Below, one piece after another: positions 52,497 to 61,944 of a DNA stretch of 64,000 nucleotides. Position numbers and translations under genes: made by a program. The first letter of the stretch is position 1. Every line of letters begins with the position of its first letter. The notes beneath the pieces are model-generated. The model did not search any database, was not told the origin of the DNA, and saw only the letters and a program-made list of their open reading frames with translations. The stretch comes from Alphaproteobacteria bacterium. GTDB taxonomy: Bacteria > Pseudomonadota > Alphaproteobacteria > GCA-2731375. The DNA is taken from assembly GCA_965225945.1 (NCBI GenBank), contig CBDDBZ010000039.1:160001-224000 (forward strand). Direction: 5' to 3'.

Positions 52497-53549
52497 TCAG
52501 CGCAGCATCATGGTCGGCAGCCAGAGGCTGATTTTGGGGAAAGCGATCAAAACCCCGAGGGTGAAAACGTCCATCAACAGGAACCACAAGATGCCCTTGA
52601 AGATCGTCTCCAGCGAAATGGCGTCGCCGACGACTCCCTTGAGGATGAAGCAGTTCAACCCGACCGGCGGCGTGATCAGGCCGATCTCGAGGAACTTGAT
52701 CATGATGACGCCGAACCAGACCAAGTCGTAGCCCAGGTTCTGGATCACCGGCGTCACCACCGGCAGAGTCAGCAGCATCATGCCCAGGGGGTCCATGAAG
52801 GTGCCGAGGATGATGAAGACCAGCGACAGCATGAGCATGATCATGATCGGCGGGAGGTCGAGCGTCCCCGCCCACAGGGTGACCACGTTGGCGACCCCCG
52901 TCAGGGCAATGAAACCGACGAATATCTTCGCGCCCAGCACCAGGGCGAAGATATTGGCGCACTGCCTGACGGTCTCGACCAACGCCGCCCAGGTGTTCTT
53001 CCTGTTGAGCCGTCCCGCGATGAAGCCGAGCACGAAGGCCCCCGCCGCGCCGGCGGCCGCCGCCTCGGTCGGCGTCACGATGCCGAGGTAGATACTGCCC
53101 ATGACGATCAGGAACAGCACGATGATCGACCACGTGCCCTTCAGCGCTATGAAGCGGTCGATCCATTGCACCGACTCCGCCCTGGTCCCGATTTCGGGGT
53201 TGAGCCGCGCCCTTACATAGATCATGCCCATGTAGATGGCGGCCGACAGGACTCCGAGAATGAAGCCGGCCAGGAGCAGCTGGCCGATCGATTCCTCCGT
53301 GAAGATACCGTAGAGGATCATCAGGATCGAGGGTGGGATCAGCGAGCCCAACGTGCCGCTCGCGGCAACGACTCCGGCGGCGAGGCCCTTGTCGTAATCG
53401 TAGCGCAGCATCTCCGGCACGGCGAGCTTGCCCATCGCCGCGGCGGTCGCCAGGCTCGACCCGCTGACCGCGGCGAACATGGCGCAGCCCGCGACCGAGG
53501 CCATCGCGAGACCCCCGTAAAGGCGGGAGAGCCAGACCCGGGCGGCCCG
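52497..53549 (-). pseudogene. 5'-truncated TRAP DctM
   Basis: Homology begins mid-protein (RAARVWLSRLYGGLAMAS...SGSS, GTLGSLIPPS, GLITPPVG); N-terminal helices and dctP/dctQ partners absent. Confidence 0.7.
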
Positions 53550-53690
53550 CCCGCCTCCTCCCCTCGCGGCGAAGGTCCCGACGCCGAGCCACGCTTCCCC
53601 GATCGAAGCGGCAGCTCGACTGGATGGCGCCGGTGTTCGGCGCTAGTATCGCGGTTCCACCGGCCGAATGGCTGCGGCGGAGGGCTGGAG

Positions 53691-54563
53691 ATGTTTTCGA
53701 GCGAACGGTTGGCGGGCAATTTCGGCGTCGCGATCCGTGGCCTCGACGCGGCTCGGGCCTTCGACGACGCGACCATGCGGGCGCTGACCGAGGCGCTCTA
53801 CGCCCATCGCATCATCGTCTTGAAGGCACAAATTTTCGACCAGGATAATTACCTCGTCTTCGGCAAACGTTGGGGCACGCCCATTCCCCATGTGCTGGAT
53901 CACATGCGGATGCCGGGCTATCCGGACCTGCTGGTGGTCGGCAACACCGAGCAGAAGGATCGCGACGTCGCGATCCGCAACGGCGCCGCGCTCTGGCACA
54001 CCGACCAGTCCTACGAGGCGGTGCCGGCGAGCGCCACCATGCTCTATTCAATTCAGGCGCCGGCGCTGGGCGGCGAGACGCGCTTTTGCGACATGGTGGC
54101 CGCCTACGAGGGCCTGGACGAGGCGACAAGAGCGCGCATCGACGATCTGGAGATGGCCCATTCCTACGGCGCCGGGACCCGGCGCGAGGGTGAGTTCGCG
54201 GCCAACCCGATCGTCGACGACGCGCAGCGTTCGCGCGTGCCGGTGATCCATCATGCCCTGGTGCGGCGCCACCCGATCAGCGGCCACAAGGCGCTCTACG
54301 CGCTGGGCCACGGGGCGCACGCCATCAAGGGCATGGCGCGGGGCGAGGCGGAACGCCTGATCGAGGAACTGAGGGATCACGTGCTCCAGGACGATTACCT
54401 CCATGCCCATCGTTACGAGGTCGGCGACCTGGTGATCTGGGACACGCTCTCGACCATGCACGCGGCGGTGCCGATCGACATTGCCGAGGGCCCGGAGACG
54501 GCGCGGCTGTTGTGGCGGATCAGCGTCCGGGGCCGCCCGGACGTCTACGCCCAGGCCGCCTGA
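53691..54563 (+). CDS. TauD/TfdA family dioxygenase
   Basis: WHTDQSY, GGETRFCDM, RHPISG, IWDTLSTMH. Confidence 0.9.
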   Translation: MFSSERLAGNFGVAIRGLDAARAFDDATMRALTEALYAHRIIVLKAQIFDQDNYLVFGKRWGTPIPHVLDHMRMPGYPDLLVVGNTEQKDRDVAIRNGAALWHTDQSYEAVPASATMLYSIQAPALGGETRFCDMVAAYEGLDEATRARIDDLEMAHSYGAGTRREGEFAANPIVDDAQRSRVPVIHHALVRRHPISGHKALYALGHGAHAIKGMARGEAERLIEELRDHVLQDDYLHAHRYEVGDLVIWDTLSTMHAAVPIDIAEGPETARLLWRISVRGRPDVYAQAA

Positions 54564-54576
54564 GGGAGCGAGACCG

Positions 54577-55419
54577 GTGCGAATCGAACCGTTGAGCGAG
54601 GCGCTCGGCGCCGAGGTCCGTGGCTTGGACGTGAGCGAGGCGCTCGACGACGCGACCATTCGAAGCCTGCGCGCGGCGTTCCTCGACCACCATTTGCTGT
54701 GTTTCCGCGCCGAGCCGCTCTCGAGCCTGGCCTTCGCCCGTCTCGCCCGCTGCTTCGGCGAGCCCAAGCTGCAGCTCCTGCGCTATCAGCGCGACGGCGA
54801 GGTGCGCGAGGTCAACATCCTGGAGAGCACCTATCATACGCCCGATGACAAGCCGGACGATCTGAGCCAGGTCCGCCTGAGCGGCTGGCACACCGACGAT
54901 TCCTATTTCGCGACGCCGGCCAAGGCGACGATGCTGCAGGGCCTCGACATCCCCTCGCGGGGCGGCGAGACCAAGTTCGCCAACATGCACAAGGCATACG
55001 AGACGCTTGCCCCGAACCGCCGCCGCCGGCTCGACGAGTTCAGCGCGGTGCACGGCTACGACACCTCGCGGGCGCCGGGCCGGGCCAAGACCCGAACGGC
55101 GGAGGAGGCGGCGGAGACGCCCGAGGTGGTCCACCCCCTGGTCCGCACCCACGACGATACCGGGCTGAAGGCGATCTACTTCAATCCCAACCGGACCGAC
55201 CGGATCGAGGGCCTGGCTAGGGAGGAGAGCGACGCCCTGCTCGACGGGCTCTACCGGCACATGACGGAGCCGGAATTGCAGTATCGCCACGATTGGCGCG
55301 TCGGCGATATTCTACTGTGGGACAACCGCTCGCTGATTCACGCCGTCAACACCGATTTCCCGGTCGGCGAGACTCGCCGCCATCAACGCGTGCTGCTCGA
55401 GGGCGGCGCCCCCGCCTGA
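54577..55419 (+). CDS. TauD/TfdA family dioxygenase
   Basis: ALGAEVRGLD, WHTDDSY, GGETKFANM, HPLVRTH, LWDNRSLIH. Confidence 0.92.
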   Translation: MRIEPLSEALGAEVRGLDVSEALDDATIRSLRAAFLDHHLLCFRAEPLSSLAFARLARCFGEPKLQLLRYQRDGEVREVNILESTYHTPDDKPDDLSQVRLSGWHTDDSYFATPAKATMLQGLDIPSRGGETKFANMHKAYETLAPNRRRRLDEFSAVHGYDTSRAPGRAKTRTAEEAAETPEVVHPLVRTHDDTGLKAIYFNPNRTDRIEGLAREESDALLDGLYRHMTEPELQYRHDWRVGDILLWDNRSLIHAVNTDFPVGETRRHQRVLLEGGAPA

Positions 55420-55453
55420 GTGTCCGAGCCCCACGCAAGCGAGGAGAAGGCCC

Positions 55454-55855
55454 ATGTCGCTGGCCGAGAACACGGCCACGCCGGAAGGCGCCGTCACCGT
55501 CGAGCTGCTAGAGCGAATCGGTGACGCTTTCAATTCCCACGACGTCGATCGGATCATGAGCTTCTTCGCCGAGGAGTCGGTATTCGACAACGCCAAGGGA
55601 CCCGACGTCCACGGCCAGCGCTTCGCCGGCAAGGCGGCGATACGCGCCGCCTTCGACGGCCTGATGGAGCGCTGTCCCGACATCCGCTGGATCGCCGTCG
55701 ACAACCGGGTCGCGGGCGACAAGGGCTTCAGCGAGTGGCGCCGCCAATGCACCGGGGCCGACGGCCAAAGCGAGGATTGGCTCGGCCTCGACATTTTCAC
55801 CTTCCGGGATGGCCTGATCGCCCGCAAGGACAGCTATTTCAAGATCGTCGGCTAG
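55454..55855 (+). CDS. SnoaL-like / NTF2 family protein
   Basis: DAFNSHDVDRIMSFF, GLDIFTFRDGLIARKDSY. Confidence 0.88.
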   Translation: MSLAENTATPEGAVTVELLERIGDAFNSHDVDRIMSFFAEESVFDNAKGPDVHGQRFAGKAAIRAAFDGLMERCPDIRWIAVDNRVAGDKGFSEWRRQCTGADGQSEDWLGLDIFTFRDGLIARKDSYFKIVG

Positions 55856-55952
55856 CGCCCGGTCCGCCGGTCCGCCCGAGCCTCGCGGGGGACACCGGCG
55901 GGTGCCGGGCCCGTTGCCGGCGCCGGCGTCGGCGCGCTATAGGGGAGCGATC

Positions 55953-56042
55953 GGAGGGATGGCCGAGTGGTCTAAGGCGCACGCCTGGAAAGCGTGTATA
56001 CGGGAGACCGTATCGTGGGTTCGAATCCCACTCCCTCCGCCA
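55953..56042 (+). tRNA. tRNA-Ser (anticodon GGA)
   Basis: Acceptor GGAGGGA/TCCCTCC-G-CCA, anticodon arm CACGC-CTGGAAA-GCGTG, long variable arm, GGTTCGAATCC. Confidence 0.97.
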
Positions 56043-56131
56043 ACACTTAAACCATTGATTGTGGCTCGTCAAAACCCCATCTGCCGCAGAAATCATAGCG
56101 TTTCCGGCCACTGCCGACTACCGTCGTCGGC

Positions 56132-57160
56132 ATGCAAGCGACCATCATGATTCTCTCCACCACGCTGCGCGAGACCTTCCTCAGCCGCGCGTCGCTACAC
56201 CTGGAAAACCTCGCCCTCCGCCAGCAGGTGGCAATCCTGAAGCGGGAAAGGCGACGGCCGCGGCTCCAGACGCTCGACCGCTTGTTCTGGGTCATCCTTT
56301 CCCGCCTTTGGCCGCGCTGGCGCGAGGTGCTGGTGATCGTAAGGCCGGAAACCGTCATCGGCTGGCACCGGAGGGGATTTCGTGCATTCTGGACCTGGAA
56401 ATCCAGGCGCGGCAAACCAGGACGGCCTCCGGTGCCCAAGGATGTCCGCGAACTCATCCGTCGAATGTGTAGGGAGAACCCCTTGTGGGGCGCTCCTCGC
56501 ATCCACGGCGAACTCATGAAGCTGGGAATCGAGGCATCGGAGGCGACGGTATCGAGGTACATGGTGCGGCATCGGAAGCCACCGTCGCAGACGTGGCGGA
56601 CGTTCCTCGACAACCACGTCGGCGGCCTCGTCTCGGCCGATTTCTTTGTGGTGCCGACGGCCACGTTCGCCGTTCTGTTCGTCTTCATCGTGCTACGCCA
56701 CGAACGGCGGCGCATCGAGCACGTCGGTGTTACAGCACACCCGACCACAGCGTGGGTGGCGCAGCAGATCCGCGAGGTCTTTCCGTGGGACACGGCACCA
56801 CGGTATCTCATTCGTGATCGGGACGGGGCGTACGGTCAGGAGTTTCGGGCGCGGTTGAAGGCGATGGGCATCGAGGAGGTTGTGACGGCGCCGCGAAGCC
56901 CATGGCAAAATCCGTTCGTCGAAAGGGCAATCGGCTCGATCAGGCGAGATTGTCTGGACCACGTCATTGTTCTCAACGAGCGCCATCTCCGACAGATTCT
57001 TTGTTCCTACCTCGCCTACTACCACGGGTCTCGCACGCACTTGGCGCTCGGGAAGGATACGCCCGACGGACGGCCCGTCCAGTCGGCCGACGGCGGAAAG
57101 GTGGTTGCGTTTCCTCGAGTTGGAGGACTTCATCACCGGTACGAGCGCCTCGCGGCCTAA
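56132..57160 (+). CDS. Integrase core-domain (rve) transposase
   Basis: ENLALRQQ, PETVIGWHR, ENPLWGAPRIHGEL, SADFF, LIRDRD, SPWQNPFVER, GGLHHRY. Confidence 0.92.
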   Translation: MQATIMILSTTLRETFLSRASLHLENLALRQQVAILKRERRRPRLQTLDRLFWVILSRLWPRWREVLVIVRPETVIGWHRRGFRAFWTWKSRRGKPGRPPVPKDVRELIRRMCRENPLWGAPRIHGELMKLGIEASEATVSRYMVRHRKPPSQTWRTFLDNHVGGLVSADFFVVPTATFAVLFVFIVLRHERRRIEHVGVTAHPTTAWVAQQIREVFPWDTAPRYLIRDRDGAYGQEFRARLKAMGIEEVVTAPRSPWQNPFVERAIGSIRRDCLDHVIVLNERHLRQILCSYLAYYHGSRTHLALGKDTPDGRPVQSADGGKVVAFPRVGGLHHRYERLAA

Positions 57161-57375
57161 GGACCGACAACGGCATTTGCCCCAGGAGGTGCTGCTAGAA
57201 GCGAGCGGCCCGTTTCCGCTGCGCCGACACCGTTGAAAAAAAGAACACAGCGCCAACATTCAGCTTGTGCATATCGGTCGATGCGACCGTTGCAATCTTT
57301 CCGCCAGGTCCAACGACCGACACTGTCGCCCGGGTCGTTCGTCTCGGACCCACCCGCGCCGCAGACGGCGATAGG

Positions 57376-58043
57376 CATATCGAGCAAGGCCCGATCCTGG
57401 AGGCGGAGGAATCACCATCGGCGCCGTAGAAAGCCTGCAGGGCATCTCGTGGCGGGAATACGGCTTCCGTGGCCAGGCCAACCACGCCGGCACCACGGCG
57501 ATGCGGCTGCGTCGCGACGCCGGCCTCGCCGCCGCCCGGCTCTGCCTGGCCGTGCGCGAGATCGTGCTGGGCATGGCCGGCGATTCCGTCGGCACCGTCG
57601 GCGAGATCGAGCTGACGCCCGGGGTGATCAACGTGATCCCGGGCGCGGTCCGCCTCACGGTCGATCTCCGCAACACCGACGATGCGCGCCTTGGCGAGGC
57701 GGAGCGGCTGGTGGACGAGGCGGCGCGCGAGATCGTCGAGGCCGAGGCCGTGGAGTTGCAATCGCGCGAGCTGGTCCGCTTCTCCCCGGTGGTCTTCGAC
57801 GCCGCCCTGGTCGAGCGGATCGAGGCGGTGGCGGAGGCGCGCGGTTTCTCCCATCGCCGCATGGCCTCGGGCGCCGGGCACGATGCGCAGATGATGGCGC
57901 GGATCGCGCCGGCGGCGATGATCTTCGTGCCGAGCGTCGGCGGCGTCAGCCACAATCCGGCCGAGCACACCGAGGCGCGCGACCTGGAAGCCGGCGCCAA
58001 CGTGCTGCTGGACGTTCTCGTCGACCTCGCCGAGGCCTCGTAG
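57376..58043 (+). pseudogene. 5'-truncated, frameshifted Zn amidohydrolase (allantoate / N-carbamoyl-L-amino-acid hydrolase)
   Basis: Starts at HIEQGPILE, 1-nt frameshift near 57408, then GQANHAGTT, INVIPG, SGAGHDA, SHNPAE. Confidence 0.82.
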
Positions 58044-58052
58044 CGCCGGCCC

Positions 58053-61000
58053 CTACTCCGCCGCCGGGGCGACGCCGCTCATAGTCTGCCGCGCGACCAG
58101 GCGGGCGTAAAGGCCGCCCCGCGCCACGAGCTCGCCATGGGCCCCGATCTCGGCGACCCGGCCGTCGGCGAGCACCACGATTCTGTCCGCCTCCCGCACC
58201 GTCGAGAGGCGATGCGCGATCACCACCGTGGTGCGCTTCCGCATCAGATCGTCGAGGGCGCCGTGCACCGCAGCCTCGTTGATCGCGTCCAGGTGCGAAG
58301 TCGCTTCGTCCAGGATCAGGATCGGCGCGTCCTTGAGGAAGGCGCGGGCCACGGCGACGCGCTGGCGCTGCCCACCCGAAAGCTGCATCCCGCGCTCGCC
58401 GACGGCTGTGTCGATCCCTCGAGGCAGCGAGGCGACGAAATCACCGAGCGCCGCCCGCCGGATCGCCTCCTCCAGTTCGGCTTCCCCCGCCTCGGGTCGG
58501 GCCATCTGGATGTTGGCGCGCAAGCTGTCGTTGAACAGGTAAGTGTCCTGGGCGACGAGGGCGATACGCCGGCGGATCTCGTCCAGGGGAAAATCGCGCA
58601 GGTCGTGACCGTCCATCCGGACACGCCCCCGCTCGGGGTCCCAGAAGCGCATCAACAGGTGGGCCACGGTCGTCTTGCCGGCGCCCGACGGGCCCACCAG
58701 CGCTACCGTCTCTCCCGCGCCGACCGTGAAGGCAACGTCGGCCAGCGCGCGGCGGTTGGCGCCGAGGTAGGCGAAGGTCACGTCCTCCAAGGCCAGCGCC
58801 GGCGCGTCGTCCCTCGCCGCCCGGCCGACGCCGGGGCCGTCGGTGACCGGGATTTCCTCTTGCTGGATGGCGTGGATGCGCCGGGTCGAGCCGAGCGTGT
58901 CGGCGAGCTGGCGGCCGATGTTGGCGATCTCCGAGACCGGCAGGAAGGCGGCCATGGCGAGCAGCGTCAGGATCGGCAGCAGGCCGCTCTCCAGTCGGCC
59001 GGCCTGCACCAGGCTCGCGCCCGCGACCACGACGGCGAGGCCGCCGAGGCCCGTCATCACCTCCAGCACCGTCATCTGCTGGGTGAGGTCGCGGAAGAAC
59101 GGCAGCCGCACCTCGTGGAAACGCGCCGTGCTGCGGGAGAACTCCTCGCCGCGGGCCACCTCCCGCTGGAAGGCGACGATCTCGGTCAGGCCCTGCACCG
59201 TGTCGACGGCATGCGCGTTCAGCTCGCCCAGCGCCTCGCGGGCGCGCGAGCCCAGCTCGTCGACCCGCTTGCGCAGGACGAAGGGGCTGGTCGCCACCAC
59301 CGCCAGGAACGGCAGCAGCGCCAGCGCCAGCGGCCAGCCGAAGACGAACAGCGTCGCCAGCACCACGCCCGGCACCAGCACGGCAACGAAGGCCGGCGCG
59401 ATGGTGTGGGCGAAGAAGAACTCCACCGTCTCCACGTCCTGGGTCGCCGCCGCCACCAGATCGCCGGTCCGCCGGCGCAACAGATAGGCGGGCGCCAGGC
59501 GGTCCAACTGCTCGAAGAGGGCGATCCGCATCTCCGCCAACAGGCGGAAGGCCATGTCGTGGGCGATCCAGCTCTCGAACCAGTGCAACACCCCGGCGGC
59601 GGGCGCCATCACCGCCAGCGCGAGCAGCGCCGGCAGCGGATCGCCGCCGAGCTTGATCTGGTAGACGGCGAGGCCGCTCAAGGCGCCGACGGCGATGAAG
59701 GCGACGACGCGGGCGACGCCGAAGACGAAGGTGAGCGCCAGCTTGCCCTTCCAGGGGGCGGCCAGGCGCACCAGTTTCGCCAACACCTCGCCCCAGCCCA
59801 TGCCCTCGGCCCGGATGATGGCGTCGGTCGGCTCCAGCAGCGCGGCGGCGGCGGCGCCGATCACCAGATCCTCGGCCGGCGGCGGGGCCGCCTGGTCCAG
59901 GGCCGCGTCGTCCAGGGTGATCGCGCCGTCACGCGCCTGTTGGCCCATCAGGCTCCGATAGACGCCGTCCCTGGCCATCAGCTCGCCGTGCCGCCCGCTC
60001 TCGGCGACCCGGCCCTGGTCCAGCACCAAGATCCGATCGGCATCGATCACGCTGGAGAGCCGATGGGCCAGGATCAGCGTCGTTCTCTCCCGCATCAGCC
60101 GGTCGAGCGCTTGCTGGATGATCGCCTCGTTCTCGGCGTCGACGGCGGACAGCGCCTCGTCCAGCACCAGGATCGGCGCGTCGCGCAAGAGCGCCCGGGC
60201 GATGGCGACCCGCTGGCGCTGCCCGCCGGAAAGCTTCACCCCGCGCTCGCCGATCACCGTGTCGTAGCCTTGCGGCAGCGCGGCGATGAAGTCGTGCGCG
60301 TTGGCTGCGCGCGCCGCCTCGATCAATTGGGCCTCGACGGCGTCCGGGTCGCCGAAGGCCAGGTTCTCGCGCACCGTGCCGTGGAACAGATAAGTGTCCT
60401 GGTTCACCACAGCGATCAGGCGGCGAATGTCGGCCTGGCGCATCTCGCGCAGGTCCCGCCCGCCGATGGTGATGCGGCCCCGGGTCGGATCGTAGAATCG
60501 CAGCAACAGGCGGACGATCGAGGTCTTGCCGGCCCCGCTGGCGCCGACGATGCCGATGCGGGCGCCCGCCTCGACGGTGAAATCGAGGCCCGTGTGCGCC
60601 GCCTGGCGCCCGCCCGGATAGGCGAAGGTGACGTTCTCGAAGCTGATTTCCGGCGTAATCGGGGCGTCGAGCGGGCGGGCCTGGGGCGCATCGGTGATCC
60701 GAGGCTCGGCGCCGAGGATCGCCGTCACGCCTTCCGCCGCCGATTGGCCGACCATGCCCTGGTGCAGCAGCGCGCGGAGATCGCGAAGCGGGCGGAACAC
60801 CTCCGTCCCCAGCATCAAGATCACCAGCAGCACCTCGATACTCATCTCCCCCTGGCCGACCCGCCAGGCGCCGAGCGCCACCGTGGCCGCCGCGCCCAGC
60901 GCGATGCCGGCGTCGGTGATGCCGCGGGAGAGCGAGTTGGTCGCCAGCACCCACATGGTGGCGCGGAAGAGATCGCGCGCCTTGTCGGCGAGCGCCCGCG

Positions 61001-61652
61001 TCTTCTCACCGCTCTGGCCGAAGGCCTTGAGGGTGGCCAGGCCCTGCACCGCGTCGAGGAACTCGGCCGCGAAGGCGGCGTAGGCCGTCTGCCGGCGTTT
61101 GGAATTGTCGCTGTCCCAGCGGTGGAAGGCGGCGGGCGCGGTCAGGGTCAGAAGCGCGAAGGCGACCAGCACCAGCGCCGTCGGCACGTCGAGGAAGATC
61201 ATGAAGGCCAGGATCACCACCGGCGTCAGCGCGGCGACGAAGAGCTGCGGCAGGTACTGGCCGAAATAGGTCTCGAGCTGCTCCACCCCGTCGACCAGCG
61301 AGAGGATGACGTCGCCGGTCCGGGTCAGGCCGAAATGCGCCGGGCCGAGGGCGACGATCTTGGTGTAGAGCAATTCGCGCACCCGGCGCTGCACCAGGGA
61401 CGCCGTGCGGTGGGCGATCATCACCCGCCAGTGTTCCAGCAGGCCGCGGGCCACCATCACGGCGGCAATCAGCGCGATGGGCGCCAGCAGATCGGCGACG
61501 CCGGCGCCGGCGAAGACCTTGCCGATCAGCCAGCCGAGGAGCGCGAGGCGCGCGACCCCGAGGCAGGTGGCGAGCAGGCCGACCAGCACCGTGAAGGCGA
61601 TGCGCCCGCGCGCACCCGCCGTGAATCTCCAGAGCCGCGAATCGAAATACAC
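58053..61652 (-). CDS. Fused (TMD-NBD)2 ABC transporter (CydDC/IrtAB-like halves)
   Basis: Two Walker A (GASGAGKT, GPSGAGKT), two LSGGQRQR, two TM domains. Confidence 0.92.
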   Translation of the reverse strand: MYFDSRLWRFTAGARGRIAFTVLVGLLATCLGVARLALLGWLIGKVFAGAGVADLLAPIALIAAVMVARGLLEHWRVMIAHRTASLVQRRVRELLYTKIVALGPAHFGLTRTGDVILSLVDGVEQLETYFGQYLPQLFVAALTPVVILAFMIFLDVPTALVLVAFALLTLTAPAAFHRWDSDNSKRRQTAYAAFAAEFLDAVQGLATLKAFGQSGEKTRALADKARDLFRATMWVLATNSLSRGITDAGIALGAAATVALGAWRVGQGEMSIEVLLVILMLGTEVFRPLRDLRALLHQGMVGQSAAEGVTAILGAEPRITDAPQARPLDAPITPEISFENVTFAYPGGRQAAHTGLDFTVEAGARIGIVGASGAGKTSIVRLLLRFYDPTRGRITIGGRDLREMRQADIRRLIAVVNQDTYLFHGTVRENLAFGDPDAVEAQLIEAARAANAHDFIAALPQGYDTVIGERGVKLSGGQRQRVAIARALLRDAPILVLDEALSAVDAENEAIIQQALDRLMRERTTLILAHRLSSVIDADRILVLDQGRVAESGRHGELMARDGVYRSLMGQQARDGAITLDDAALDQAAPPPAEDLVIGAAAAALLEPTDAIIRAEGMGWGEVLAKLVRLAAPWKGKLALTFVFGVARVVAFIAVGALSGLAVYQIKLGGDPLPALLALAVMAPAAGVLHWFESWIAHDMAFRLLAEMRIALFEQLDRLAPAYLLRRRTGDLVAAATQDVETVEFFFAHTIAPAFVAVLVPGVVLATLFVFGWPLALALLPFLAVVATSPFVLRKRVDELGSRAREALGELNAHAVDTVQGLTEIVAFQREVARGEEFSRSTARFHEVRLPFFRDLTQQMTVLEVMTGLGGLAVVVAGASLVQAGRLESGLLPILTLLAMAAFLPVSEIANIGRQLADTLGSTRRIHAIQQEEIPVTDGPGVGRAARDDAPALALEDVTFAYLGANRRALADVAFTVGAGETVALVGPSGAGKTTVAHLLMRFWDPERGRVRMDGHDLRDFPLDEIRRRIALVAQDTYLFNDSLRANIQMARPEAGEAELEEAIRRAALGDFVASLPRGIDTAVGERGMQLSGGQRQRVAVARAFLKDAPILILDEATSHLDAINEAAVHGALDDLMRKRTTVVIAHRLSTVREADRIVVLADGRVAEIGAHGELVARGGLYARLVARQTMSGVAPAAE

Positions 61653-61725
61653 GCCGTTTGCCTCGAGCCCCTACGCGCCGCGCGCCCTTGTCGGCGGCGC
61701 GACCGCGATTGCCTCGGGCCGGACG

Positions 61726-61872
61726 CTAGCATGGATGCGGGATGGCGGCGACCTGGCCGATCAGGATCTCGGGCGTCGAGCCCGCGAGGCCGACGGCGTT
61801 GTGATGTTCGGCCAGCCAATAGCGGTGATAGCCGAGCCCGTCGCAATGGCGGGCGAGTTCCAGGGTCTCTAG
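61726..61872 (-). pseudogene. Remnant of an LLM-class luciferase-like oxidoreductase
   Basis: Manual translation ETLELARHCDGLGYHRYWLAEHHNAVGLAGSTPEILIGQVAA then a stop. Confidence 0.75.
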
Positions 61873-61944
61873 AATCGCTTCCGCCGCCGTGCCGCCCTAG
61901 ACGAAATTTGAACGGATCGAACCGGTGCGGTTCCCTCCGTTCGG

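Noticed and set aside
55953-56042. Long-variable-arm tRNA as a possible tRNA-Sec supporting the selenoproteins
   Set aside because: The anticodon is GGA and the acceptor stem is 7 bp, so it is an ordinary tRNA-Ser. No sel genes are visible in the window.
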